Of a stretch of 34,022 nt of DNA, positions 1 to 9,739 are shown piece by piece. A program made the position numbers and the translations under genes. Location of the stretch: assembly GCA_947631725.1 (NCBI GenBank), contig CANRML010000001.1, positions 1 through 34,022 of the forward strand, given 5' to 3'. The notes under the pieces were generated by a model. The model was not told where the DNA came from. It made no database searches and was given only the letters and a program-made list of their open reading frames with translations. Source of the stretch: an uncultured Clostridia bacterium. Lineage in GTDB: Bacteria > Bacillota > Clostridia > TANB77 > CAG-508. Positions within the stretch are counted from its first letter, which is position 1, and the number at the start of each line of letters is the position of its first letter.

Positions 1-196
1 GATGAGTTACAAACATTTATTACATCCAAAATATCGGAATCTACTCCCGTTATATAACTAATTTTTGGGGGTAAGGGGGAACTATGCCCTTTTTTCTTAT
101 TTTGGTTTTATTTTTATAAATTTTTCTTTCAAACTAAAGTCCTCCTTCTGTTTAGTTGTAAATTTCTAGCATACGTATTATATATCATTTAACATA

Positions 197-233
197 AAAA
201 GTCTAGCCTTTTTGCTTATATGACTAGACTTTT
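197..233. terminator. Hairpin (AAAAGTCTAG / CTAGACTTTT) flanked by A/T runs; probable intrinsic terminator for the minus-strand gene 257..886
   Basis: Inverted repeat 197-206 / 224-233 with a 17-nt loop. On the minus strand it is followed by TTTTTAT. The loop is large, so confidence is moderate. Confidence 0.45.
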
Positions 234-256
234 TTGATTTGTATACTAATTATGTT

Positions 257-886
257 TTATACCTCTTTTTTATTTACATATACTTTATCCATTACTTCAT
301 CTGGATAATGGTTATCTATGAAAGTTTCTATTTTATTTCTAGGTGGAATTTGATTTTTTCTAGCATCTTGCCTCATACCAGCAACACAAGATATTACAAT
401 ATCAAATATCATAAATACAAGTAATCCATATGTAATAAATCTTGCAAATTTATTTTCTAGAAGAATATCCAATTTACTTATCCATGGAAAAACTAATTTC
501 AAATATATTACACTTATTGCTCCCCAAAAAAAGCAATATAGTAATGAGGTTCTTCCATTTATATCTAATATCATTGCAGAATAATCCCAAGAAATTGTTC
601 CAAAAATAGCTTCTTGTAAAAATGAAAAAATATATTCTAGAATTCCTCCTATAATCATACCAGTAAAAAATAATTTAATTGGATTTTTGACTTTACAAAT
701 TAATAAATAATATGCAACAGCACCAACTCCATAGACTTGTATAAATGGTCCATATATTAGTCCTTTTCTAAAAATTAACATTTTATCCATTAGCAGTCCA
801 TATACAATTTCTATAAAAAATCCAAAAATACTTCCAATGAAAAATATTAAAAATATTTTCAATATTTGACTTCTTAGCTCTTTCAT
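257..886 (-). CDS. Integral membrane protein, DUF1113 / putative ABC-transporter type IV (CmpB-like) family
   Basis: 209-aa ORF with multiple hydrophobic helices. The N-terminal pattern FGFFIEIVYG...RKGLIYGPFIQVYGVGAV resembles the GxLxGPxxPIYGxGA signature of that family. Confidence 0.6.
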   Translation of the reverse strand: MKELRSQILKIFLIFFIGSIFGFFIEIVYGLLMDKMLIFRKGLIYGPFIQVYGVGAVAYYLLICKVKNPIKLFFTGMIIGGILEYIFSFLQEAIFGTISWDYSAMILDINGRTSLLYCFFWGAISVIYLKLVFPWISKLDILLENKFARFITYGLLVFMIFDIVISCVAGMRQDARKNQIPPRNKIETFIDNHYPDEVMDKVYVNKKEV

Positions 887-1015
887 ATTTTTCCCCTTAA
901 TTTTTATATGTACTTATTATATATCATATTATGAAAAATAGGAAGTATTTTGTAAAATTTTTATTTCTTGCACAATATATATAATTGTGCTAAAATTTTT
1001 GTGAGGAGAAAATTT

Positions 1016-2617
1016 ATGTTACAAGTTACAATTAAAATTAGAAAAGATTTAACTGAAAATGAATTGAAGCAAGAAATTTGCGATAAATATAATATGATTA
1101 TTTCTGATATACAAGATTGGAAAATTATTAGAAAATCTATTGATGCACGTAATAAAGAAGATGTTCATTATGTGTATATTGTAAATATGGAAATTAAGCA
1201 AGAAAAAAAATATAGCAAAAAGAAAAATATTAAAGTTATAGAAAAAAAAGATATTCCTTCTTTAAAATTAAATATTTCACATAATAAAAGTACAAGACCA
1301 ATTATAGTAGGATGTGGTCCTGCTGGTCTTTTCTGTAGTTTAGCATTTATCGAAAATGGTATTTTACCTATTATTATTGAGCAAGGAAAACCTGTAGAAG
1401 AACGTCAAAAAGATATTTCTCAATTTACTAAATCAGGTATATTAAATCCACTTTCTAATATTCAATTTGGTGAAGGTGGTGCTGGTACTTTTTCTGATGG
1501 TAAATTGACTACAAATATCAATTCTCCTTTTTGTCAAACTGTGCTAAAAACTTTTGTTAAATTTGGGGCTCCAAAAGAAATCTTATATAATTCTAAGCCT
1601 CATATTGGAACAGATTATTTGATAACCATTTTAAAAAATATGAGAGAATATATTTTATCACATGGTGGAACTATTCTTTTTAATCATAAGTTTATTGATT
1701 TTAAGACTAATAATAATAGTCTTAAAAATGTTATTTATGAAAATGTTATTACAAAAGAAACTTTCGAGTTAAATACTGATACTCTTATATTAGCAATTGG
1801 TCATAGTAGTAGAGATACCTTTTATAAGCTACATGATAAAGGAATTTTTTTAGAGCCTAAGAATTTTTCTGTTGGACTACGAATTGAACATTTAAGAAAA
1901 GATATTGATACTGCACAATATGGCACTATCACAAAATTGCATCTACCACCTGCTGATTATAAACTAGCATATCATTTCCCTAATAGCAATCGCTCTTGCT
2001 ATACTTTTTGTATGTGTCCAGGTGGAACAGTAATAGCTTCTTCTAGTGAAAAAAATACCATTGTTACAAATGGTATGAGTACATTTTTACGAGATGGTAT
2101 AAACTCTAATAGTGCTATTTTAGTTAATGTCACACCTTCAGATTTTACATCTAATTCTCCTTTAGCTGGAATTGACTTTCAAAAAGATTTAGAATCAAAA
2201 GCATTTATCTTAGGTGGCTCTAATTATTATGCACCTGTCCAACGTGTAGAAGATTTTTTAAAAAATACTGCTTCTACATTTATTGGAAAAGTACAGCCAA
2301 GTTATAAACCAGGAATTACGCTTTGCAATCTTAATAATATTTTACCTGATTTTGTATCTGAAACATTAAAACAGGCGATTCCATATTTTGGAACAAAATT
2401 ATCAGGATTTGATAATCCTGATAGCATATTAACAGGTGTTGAAACAAGAAGTTCTTCTCCTGTCAAAATTATACGAAATGAACATTTTACAAGTAATATC
2501 AGAGGTATTTATCCTTGTGGAGAAGGTGCTGGTTATGCTGGTGGGATTATGACAGCAGCTATTGATGGGATAAAATGTGCTCTAGCTTCTCTATCAAATA
2601 TTCAACCTCTTTTATAG
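1016..2617 (+). CDS. FAD-dependent oxidoreductase (COG2509-like NAD(FAD)-utilizing dehydrogenase)
   Basis: Dinucleotide-binding motif IIVGCGPAGLF and C-terminal GEGAGYAGGIMTAAIDG. I chose the ATG at 1016 because GAGGAG at 1003-1008 precedes it. The track ORF starts upstream at 968. Confidence 0.8.
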   Translation: MLQVTIKIRKDLTENELKQEICDKYNMIISDIQDWKIIRKSIDARNKEDVHYVYIVNMEIKQEKKYSKKKNIKVIEKKDIPSLKLNISHNKSTRPIIVGCGPAGLFCSLAFIENGILPIIIEQGKPVEERQKDISQFTKSGILNPLSNIQFGEGGAGTFSDGKLTTNINSPFCQTVLKTFVKFGAPKEILYNSKPHIGTDYLITILKNMREYILSHGGTILFNHKFIDFKTNNNSLKNVIYENVITKETFELNTDTLILAIGHSSRDTFYKLHDKGIFLEPKNFSVGLRIEHLRKDIDTAQYGTITKLHLPPADYKLAYHFPNSNRSCYTFCMCPGGTVIASSSEKNTIVTNGMSTFLRDGINSNSAILVNVTPSDFTSNSPLAGIDFQKDLESKAFILGGSNYYAPVQRVEDFLKNTASTFIGKVQPSYKPGITLCNLNNILPDFVSETLKQAIPYFGTKLSGFDNPDSILTGVETRSSSPVKIIRNEHFTSNIRGIYPCGEGAGYAGGIMTAAIDGIKCALASLSNIQPLL

Positions 2618-3703
2618 TATTAAAATCGCCAAAAGTAACTCTTAATGCTCCTGATGCTAATTCTGGAGGAATTCCAATTGCTGATAATACATGTGATGGA
2701 GCACTACTTCCTGAAGAACATGCAGAACCTCCTGATGCACAAATTCCTTCTGCATCTAATTTTAATAATAATTCTCCTGAGTCAATATTTGGAAAACAAA
2801 CATTGCAGTTTCCTGGTAATCTATTTTCTAAGCTTCCATTTATATGACACTCAGGAAATTTTTTTCTTATTTGTTCAAAAAAGAAATCTCTCATTTGTGT
2901 CAATTTTTTTGTATATGTTTCCATATCTTTTCTGGCTAACTCACAAGCTTTCCCTAATGCTACAATTTCAGCTACATTTTCTGTACCTGCTCTTTTGTCT
3001 TTTTCTTGATGTCCACCATCTAAAAATTTATATAATTCAATGCCTTCTTTTACATATAATGCTCCTATGCCTTTTGGCGCATATAGTTTATGTCCAGAAA
3101 GTGATAGCATATCTATTCCCATTTCTTTAACATTTATTGGAACATTTCCGAACAGCTTGAACTGCATCTGTATGAAATATAATATTTTTTAAATGTGCAA
3201 TTCCGTGCTATTCTTTTTATTGGCTGAATTGTTCCTATTTCATTATTTGCAAACATAATAGTTATAAGAAATGTTTTTTCAGATATACTATTTAATAAAT
3301 TTTCTATATTTACAAAGCCTTGCTCATCTACATCTAAATATGTGACATTAAATCCTTGTTTTTCTAAGCTATGGCAAGAGTTTAAAATTGCTGGGTGTTC
3401 AATACAAGATGTAATAATATGATTTTTTCCTGTATTTCTTTCTTTTTGTAAAAGAGCCATCCCTTTTAGTGCCATATTATCACTTTCAGATCCACAGCTT
3501 GTAAAGATTATCTCATTAGGCTTACAATTTAGCAATTTTGCTACTCTTTCTCTTGCTTCCTCAATTGCTCTTTTTGCTTTTCTACCTAATCCATATATTG
3601 AGGATGGATTTCCATATTCTAAACTTAGATATGGAAACATTTCTTCTAATACTGCTTCTTTTACTTTTGTTGTTGCACTATTATCAAAATATTTTATATT
3701 CAT
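2559..3703 (-). pseudogene. nifS: NifS/IscS-type cysteine desulfurase, disrupted by two +1 frameshifts (or by two sequencing errors)
   Basis: The N-terminal ORF (3134..3703) has the class V aminotransferase start MNIKYFDNSATT. The C-terminal ORF (2559..3167) has the PLP lysine motif SGHKLYAPKG and the catalytic cysteine GGSACSSG. The conserved segment GIAHLKNIIFHTDAVQAV is readable only in the third frame, between about 3150 and 3205. Confidence 0.8.
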
Positions 3704-3765
3704 ACTGCTATATTCCTTTCCAAGGCTTTAGTTTCTATATTGCCTTGTATATAATATATGCAGTT

Positions 3766-4608
3766 TTACTTTAAAATAGACTTTATTTTATCCATATTTT
3801 GCATAGCAGTTTTATATCCCAAGTTATAACAACTGTCTATTTTCTCTATATCTAGTAATCCTGTTTCTTCTGTGTCAACTGTTAAAATAAAATCACTATC
3901 CTTGATACCTTCTTTTGTAATTTTGCTTGCCATTATATCAATTGTACGCATAGAAATATCTAAAAAATTACTGTGTTCATCAATATAGTCCGCTTTGAAA
4001 TTAACACTAATTACTTTATCTGCCCCTTGTTTTTTTACTTCTCTAGCAGGTACATTATCTAAGATACCTCCATCTAAAAATTTATGTCCTTGAAAATCAC
4101 AAGGGCAAAAATATCCTGGTAAACTGCTACTTGCTCTAACTGCTTCACCTATTGAAATATCTGAAATATATTGTTGATTTTCATTTTTATTATTTGTAAA
4201 TATATATTCTTTTGCCTCATTTATATCTACTGTTGGTATAACAATTGGCATTTCAATATCTGAAATTTTTCTTATTCCCTTTTTTAATCCTATTTGGTTA
4301 TATGCTTCTTCAATGTTTTTCCCTGAGTTAAATCCACATACTTCTAATTTTTTGTTAGTTATGAAATTACTAATTGTATTGATAATTGGCATTGTGTCTA
4401 CACTTAGCATTTGTTTTGCATATCTCTTAAATAAAACATAAATATAATAAGGAGAAAAGCCCAGAGCATATAGTGTTGCCACCATACTCCCTGAACTTGT
4501 TCCTCCTATAATGTCGATTTTAATTTCATTTTCTTCTAGAGCTTTTAGCACTCCTACATGTGCAATTCCTCTAATTCCTCCACCTGCCAATGCAATTCCT
4601 ATTTTCAT
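3766..4608 (-). CDS. Patatin-like phospholipase (RssA/NTE-like)
   Basis: Oxyanion motif GGGIRG, nucleophile GTSSG (GxSxG) and catalytic Asp in FLDGGILDN. I prefer the start at 4608 because GAAAGGAAAG lies upstream of it. Confidence 0.85.
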   Translation of the reverse strand: MKIGIALAGGGIRGIAHVGVLKALEENEIKIDIIGGTSSGSMVATLYALGFSPYYIYVLFKRYAKQMLSVDTMPIINTISNFITNKKLEVCGFNSGKNIEEAYNQIGLKKGIRKISDIEMPIVIPTVDINEAKEYIFTNNKNENQQYISDISIGEAVRASSSLPGYFCPCDFQGHKFLDGGILDNVPAREVKKQGADKVISVNFKADYIDEHSNFLDISMRTIDIMASKITKEGIKDSDFILTVDTEETGLLDIEKIDSCYNLGYKTAMQNMDKIKSILK

Positions 4609-4639
4609 TATAATTTTCTTTCCTTTCAAATGTAAATGA

Positions 4640-6367
4640 TTATTTAGTATAATAAATCTTTCCAGAACTAAATTGCATTTTATGATATTCTCCTATAAAT
4701 TCTGGCTCTTGTGTTGAGGTAATATTACTTTTTTCTGGTTCAAGTAAAATTTCTCCGTCCTGATTAATTATTCCCCATTTTTCACCTTTCAAAACACCTG
4801 CAAATCCGTATTTGTTGAATTCTGTTACTTTGTCATAAGTTGCTTCTACTATCATATTTCCTGATTTATCCTCAAAGCCCCATTTTCCATCTTTCTCTGT
4901 AGCAAATAATTTATTATTTGAAAAAATTTCTTTGTTTGTTACTTCTTTTCCATCAAATGTTAAATATTTTGTTGTTGTTTCATTAGAAAGAATAATATAT
5001 TCGTCCTCTTCTAAAAGTTGGGCTTTTTCTAAACTTATAATATTTTGTATTTTATTATCTACTATTTCTAAATTATCTTCTATGTACATTTGAATTAGTT
5101 GTGTGTTTGGTATAACTTGAATTGAATTATATTTAAATTCTGTTTTTTGGTTGTCCTCTACATCAATTATTCCTAGGTTTTCTCCTTCTTTAGATGCTAT
5201 AAATAAATCATTTTCTAGATATGAAATATATCTATATTCATCTGTAATCGCCTCTTCATTTTTATATAATTGATATATTGTTTTTCCATCTACACTTTCA
5301 ATTCGTATTGTATATTCCTTTTTTTCTGGAATAGTAACAATAGTAGTGTCAGCAGACATATTTGTTAGATTTCCTTTTGCATCATAAACTTCTGATTTGC
5401 TTTCATCTTGTGCATATATATAGTTTCCTTTTACATCTATTTGCTCAAATTCACATTGTATTAATTGTTTTCCATCTAGGTCAATAACTCCATATTTTTT
5501 TCCTTGTTGCACTATGAAAATCTTATTGTTATTATCAAAACTTATAGACTGATATTCTGTTTTAATTAATTCTTTTTCATTTTTAAATACCCCATATCTT
5601 CCCTTTTCAGCTACTAATAAATATGCATTGTCTTTATCTCCTACATCTTGTATACGTTGCATATCATTGTATATAGGTTTTAATATTTCTTCGCCGTTAT
5701 GTGATACATATCCATAACGATATCCATTATCTGTTTTATTTGCTACAATATATCCATCATTATAATATCTGTATTCTTCTTCAAAAAATGTGTCTGCTGA
5801 TATTTGGTCATATAAATTTTCTATTAGTTCATATCCTTTTAAATTGATTATTCCATATTTTCCTTCTTTTTTTACTAATAGTTCTCCTTCTTTATATTGA
5901 AGTGTGTCAATTTCTTCATATATTGCTGGTGTTATTTCTTTTCCTTCTAAACTAATTATTCCATATTTTCCGTTTTTTTGATATTTCATAATTGATTTTT
6001 CATATAGTAAATCACTAGCTATATTTTTTAATTGCAATAATTGAATATTTTCATATCCTGAATAAAGTTGTTCCCCTTTATCATTATATACAAAGTTTTC
6101 ATCTCCTAGCCTGCATAAAAATACTGGTTTTGAAGGATTTGGTATATCTACTGCATCATATTTTTCTTGAATTAATGTATTACCTTGTGTGTCAATTATT
6201 CCATATTTTTGATTTTCTTCTAATTTTGATACAAAATATTTATATTCTGTAATTTTTTCTACCTCGTAATTTCTATCTTTTTTATTCTGTTGTTGGAAAA
6301 TAAAATATATTGCTATAGTTACAATTAATAAAATTATTATAATAATTGCTAGAATTTTTTTCTTCAT
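4640..6367 (-). CDS. WG-repeat (KWG-type) protein with an N-terminal membrane anchor
   Basis: N-terminal helix ILAIIIIILLIVTIAIYFIF. Repeated motifs GKYGIID / GKYGVID / GKWGFED / EKWGIIN recur through the 575 aa. Confidence 0.75.
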   Translation of the reverse strand: MKKKILAIIIIILLIVTIAIYFIFQQQNKKDRNYEVEKITEYKYFVSKLEENQKYGIIDTQGNTLIQEKYDAVDIPNPSKPVFLCRLGDENFVYNDKGEQLYSGYENIQLLQLKNIASDLLYEKSIMKYQKNGKYGIISLEGKEITPAIYEEIDTLQYKEGELLVKKEGKYGIINLKGYELIENLYDQISADTFFEEEYRYYNDGYIVANKTDNGYRYGYVSHNGEEILKPIYNDMQRIQDVGDKDNAYLLVAEKGRYGVFKNEKELIKTEYQSISFDNNNKIFIVQQGKKYGVIDLDGKQLIQCEFEQIDVKGNYIYAQDESKSEVYDAKGNLTNMSADTTIVTIPEKKEYTIRIESVDGKTIYQLYKNEEAITDEYRYISYLENDLFIASKEGENLGIIDVEDNQKTEFKYNSIQVIPNTQLIQMYIEDNLEIVDNKIQNIISLEKAQLLEEDEYIILSNETTTKYLTFDGKEVTNKEIFSNNKLFATEKDGKWGFEDKSGNMIVEATYDKVTEFNKYGFAGVLKGEKWGIINQDGEILLEPEKSNITSTQEPEFIGEYHKMQFSSGKIYYTK

Positions 6368-6389
6368 ATTTTTACCATCCCTTTCTATA

Positions 6390-7676
6390 TTATTGATGTT
6401 TATATGCTTTTATCTTTAAAATTCTATTATCTTCATATTCCTCGATTTTATATGTTACTTTTTTTGTTTCTATAATAGGGTTTTCTTCTTCTTTTGGAAT
6501 TCTATCTAATTCATCTTGTAAAAATCCTGATATTGTATCATAATCTCCTTCTGGGATTTCTGCATTTAGCAATTTATTTACATCATAAATTGTCATATTT
6601 CCTGATAAAATATATGTTGTTTCATCTATTTTTTCATATTCTATTTCCTCTTCATCATATTCGTCATAGATTTCTCCAACTAGCTCTTCTAAAATATCCT
6701 CCATTGTAATTAATCCTGCTGTACCTCCATATTCGTCTAAAATAATTGCCATTTGTGTCTTATGTTTTTGCATTTCGCGGAATAAATCATTTATCATTTT
6801 GGTTTGTGGTACAAAATATGGTTCATGTATAATATTTTTCATGCGGAAAGTCTTTTTACCTATATTCTTTAAAATATCTTTAATATATAATATTCCTTTT
6901 ATTTCATCAATTGTTTCATCATATACTGGAATTCTACTATATTTATAATCCTCTTTTGAAATTATTTGCATTAGTTCTTCTATATCTGTACTAATGTCTA
7001 CAGCAAATATGTCTTTGCGATGTGTCATGATTTCTGATACTGTAATATCATCAAATTCAAATACATTGTTAAGTAATTCTTTTTCTTCTTCTTCTATTGT
7101 TCCTTTTTCTTCACCTTGATCTATCATCATTTTTATTTCTTCTTCTGTAACTGTTTCTTCTTCATGCTCATCAACACCAAATAGCTTTGAAATTTTATTT
7201 GTAGTATAAGTTAAAAATCTAACAAAAGGAGATGTTATAATTGATAGTGCCCTTATTAGCCCTATTGTTGCAAATGAAATCTTCTCATAGTTTTTCATTG
7301 CTAAACGTTTTGGTACAAGTTCTCCAAAAACTAGTGTAAAAAATGATAATATAATTGTTATCAATATTATTGAAATTGTATTCCAAACTCCTATACTAAA
7401 AATTGGCATTATTTTATATAATACTGGTGCTAGTTCTGATGCAAAGGCATCTGATGCAAATGCACTTGATAAAAATCCAGCTAAAGTTATTCCTATTTGA
7501 ATTGTTGCTAAAAATCGACTTGGATTTTTTAGCATTTTTTCTATATGTTTTGCTTTTTTATTCCCTTCTTTTGCTAGTCTTTCAATTTTGGTATCATTTA
7601 AGGAAATAAATGCTATTTCACTTGCAGCAAAAAATGCATTTATTAAAATTAGTATAAGTAGTATTACAAATTCCAT
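6390..7676 (-). CDS. CNNM/HlyC-family transporter (DUF21 membrane domain, CBS pair, CorC_HlyC)
   Basis: N-terminal DUF21-like segment NAFFAASEIAFISL. The central region reads like a CBS pair (VSEIMTHRKDIF...; my reading). The C-terminal domain resembles CorC (YILSGNMTIYDVN...ISGFL). Confidence 0.85.
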   Translation of the reverse strand: MEFVILLILILINAFFAASEIAFISLNDTKIERLAKEGNKKAKHIEKMLKNPSRFLATIQIGITLAGFLSSAFASDAFASELAPVLYKIMPIFSIGVWNTISIILITIILSFFTLVFGELVPKRLAMKNYEKISFATIGLIRALSIITSPFVRFLTYTTNKISKLFGVDEHEEETVTEEEIKMMIDQGEEKGTIEEEEKELLNNVFEFDDITVSEIMTHRKDIFAVDISTDIEELMQIISKEDYKYSRIPVYDETIDEIKGILYIKDILKNIGKKTFRMKNIIHEPYFVPQTKMINDLFREMQKHKTQMAIILDEYGGTAGLITMEDILEELVGEIYDEYDEEEIEYEKIDETTYILSGNMTIYDVNKLLNAEIPEGDYDTISGFLQDELDRIPKEEENPIIETKKVTYKIEEYEDNRILKIKAYKHQ

Positions 7677-7775
7677 TAAATTTTTCTCCTCGATTTATAT
7701 TATGTGTTTATTTCTTGGTTTTATTATATATGTTTTCTCTTTTTTTTTCAATATTTTTATATATTTTATATAAAT

Positions 7776-7812
7776 AAAAGCAATTACTTTTGGCTATTTT
7801 GTAATTGCTTTT
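7776..7812 (-). terminator. Intrinsic terminator of the sortase / thioester-protein operon
   Basis: An 11-bp stem AAAGCAATTAC (7777-7787) / GTAATTGCTTT (7801-7811), followed on the minus strand by TTTTATTTAT. It begins 5 nt after the stop codon at 7817-7819. Confidence 0.65.
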
Positions 7813-7816
7813 TCAT

Positions 7817-8857
7817 TTACCTTCCTGTTATTGGCAGTTTTCTTACCTCTTTTTTTGGTTCTTCTTCAGGTATATTTTCGGGTTCTTCTTTAGGAATTTC
7901 TTCTTTTTCTTCTTTTATTTGATCATTTTTTTCTTCTTTTGGTTTTGGATAATTTTCTTCTATTGACACATTTACTACTTCCTCAGCTTTACCTGTCATC
8001 GCATATTTTTGATATAATGGATTATCTGGAATTCCTTCTATAATTGCTTTTGAGCATATTTGTGCATTTACATATATTTTTAAATTTAATTTTTTATTAG
8101 CAAATTCTTTTGGGATTAATATCTTAAATTTTTCATTTTCTTGAAATTTCACTTTTTCTACATTATTTTCATCTGTTTTTTTAAATATTCTATCCTCTTC
8201 ACCATCCATATATGGTATATATTCTATCATAGGGCTTTCTGATGTTACTTTATATGTTTTTGAAATATAGTTATTATCTATAGGATCTACTTCAAAGTCT
8301 TCTTGAAGTCCTTCAATTATAACTGTATTTTCTGGGCGCTTTTCAGTTGATACTTTTGCATTATAAACAATTTTTTTCAAAGCATTTAATGTTCTTTTTC
8401 CTGCCTCTCCAATAGCTCCAAAGTCTTCTATATTATATCCATATAAATAGCAATATATTGCTTGTTGAGTCGCCATATATGCCTCTTGTATCGTTTCACA
8501 TCCTAATTCTTCTTTTGTTTTATATGGAAATCCATTTACAATATATCTCCATAATTCTTCATCTTTTATATATCCTTTTTCTGTTATTCCATAAATTATT
8601 TTATCATTTACTCCTTGTTTTGTGATGTCAAGACAATAGGTAGGAAATCCATTTGATTTTGTAGCATAATATGCATAGTATGTTTCTACAGTTTCTCCTT
8701 TGTATGTTAGTAGTTCTCCACAGCTTCCCAGCCTATGTAATGGTATTTCTACATCTGGATAAAGTTTACAACTACTTGTTAATGTTAGCACATCAAACAT
8801 AAGTATTATCATAATTATTAATATTCTTTTCCCGTATTTTTTTAGTTTTTCTTTCAC
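7817..8857 (-). CDS. Thioester-domain (TQXA) surface protein with C-terminal LPITG but no membrane tail
   Basis: Signal-like N-terminus, cysteine motif PTYCLDITKQG, NGFPYKT, TQXA motif MATQQAIYCY, an E/K/P-rich stalk, and a C-terminus of ...RKLPITGR-stop. Confidence 0.75.
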   Translation of the reverse strand: MKEKLKKYGKRILIIMIILMFDVLTLTSSCKLYPDVEIPLHRLGSCGELLTYKGETVETYYAYYATKSNGFPTYCLDITKQGVNDKIIYGITEKGYIKDEELWRYIVNGFPYKTKEELGCETIQEAYMATQQAIYCYLYGYNIEDFGAIGEAGKRTLNALKKIVYNAKVSTEKRPENTVIIEGLQEDFEVDPIDNNYISKTYKVTSESPMIEYIPYMDGEEDRIFKKTDENNVEKVKFQENEKFKILIPKEFANKKLNLKIYVNAQICSKAIIEGIPDNPLYQKYAMTGKAEEVVNVSIEENYPKPKEEKNDQIKEEKEEIPKEEPENIPEEEPKKEVRKLPITGR

Positions 8858-8876
8858 TTATATCTCCTTTCAATTT

Positions 8877-9473
8877 TTATACTTTTTCTTTTCCTATTAC
8901 ACATCTTCTGTATTCTGGTTCATTTTCTACACAAGTTATTAATGTGATTGTATTTTCCTTTGTTTCTTCAAGTTTTGTCCAGTCAGTATCTTTTATAATG
9001 TCATTACTTATGACAGTATAATTTTTCTTAAATTCTTTATATTGATATTTAATTATATCTCCCTTTTTTAGTTTTTTTATATCTGCAAAATAATTAACAT
9101 CATATCCTCTATTATGTGCTGCTAATCCTATATTCCCTTCTGTTTTATCAGTTTCTTCAAAGTGACCTATACTTGTATTTAGTATTTTTGCTGATGTTCC
9201 TTCTTGAATATTGGCTACTAATGATATTGTTGGTATTTCTAAATTCCACAGATTTTCTTCTTTTGTTTCTTCTATTTGTATGTCTTCTTTTTCTATATCA
9301 TTTATATCTTTATTATTTTCAAATTGCACCTTTATTAAATCTTTTGGTTCAAAAAGATTTTGTCCCTTCATATTTCTAATTTGCATATCAAAAAAACAAA
9401 TTAGCAAAAAAATAATAATGGTACTAATTAAACTAATAATGTAGATATATTTTGTTGTATATAATCTATGCAT
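8877..9473 (-). CDS. Sortase (small class D/A-like transpeptidase)
   Basis: N-terminal TM helix, catalytic His in GLAAHNRG, Cys in TLITC, and Arg in YRRCVIG. It lies 19 nt upstream of its likely substrate gene. Confidence 0.85.
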   Translation of the reverse strand: MHRLYTTKYIYIISLISTIIIFLLICFFDMQIRNMKGQNLFEPKDLIKVQFENNKDINDIEKEDIQIEETKEENLWNLEIPTISLVANIQEGTSAKILNTSIGHFEETDKTEGNIGLAAHNRGYDVNYFADIKKLKKGDIIKYQYKEFKKNYTVISNDIIKDTDWTKLEETKENTITLITCVENEPEYRRCVIGKEKV

Positions 9474-9704
9474 GCATATTCCTCACCTACCTTTATTCAA
9501 TTTTTTCTTTTTTTGGAAATTGAAAAGAATTAATTTTTTGAAAAAAATTTTAAGATTAAAATCCATATGGTTAAAACCCTACTGGTAACATAATATCATA
9601 AAAGAACATTTTTGTAAAGCACTTTTCATCGCAATTTTCGACATTTTTCTACTATTTTTTCACTTCTCAGTGTAATATTTTTTAATAATTTTTATTAATT
9701 TCAC

Positions 9705-9733
9705 TTGACAAATTTGAATAAAGTTTGTAAAAT
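9705..9733 (+). promoter_or_regulatory. SigA-type promoter of the aspS leader: TTGACA-17-TAAAAT
   Basis: -35 TTGACA at 9705-9710, a 17-nt spacer, and -10 TAAAAT at 9728-9733. Confidence 0.6.
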
Positions 9734-9739
9734 AGTAAA

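Noticed and set aside
1-57. Possible 3' end of a plus-strand gene (...DELQTFITSKISESTPVI-stop), followed by a G-rich weak hairpin at 66-95
   Set aside because: It is only 18 codons long, carries no recognisable motif, and the minus strand is also open here. It cannot be supported as a feature.
97-149. Strong Shine-Dalgarno (GAAGGAGG, reverse complement of 141-148) followed by a TTG-initiated 11-codon ORF (MKEKFIKIKPK) on the minus strand; a possible leader peptide
   Set aside because: The gene it would regulate lies outside the window, and I could not identify an attenuator structure. It is too short to distinguish from chance.
2559-2617. 59-nt overlap of the convergent 3' ends of the FAD oxidoreductase and nifS genes
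   Set aside because: The overlap is real in the sequence. Convergent overlaps of this size do occur, one partner is already a pseudogene, and no hairpin or other signal is embedded.
2575-3130. Plus-strand ORFs 2575..2847 and 2645..3130, and many similar track ORFs elsewhere. Examples are 6494..6709, 7403..7922, 9116..9444, 14130..17087, 20 kb, 21177..21464, 22335..23030, 27530..30625 and 31922..32506.
   Set aside because: They lie antisense to, or out of frame within, long ORFs that have clear family signatures. They have F/L/S/I-rich low-complexity translations typical of shadow frames in AT-rich DNA, and they lack an RBS.
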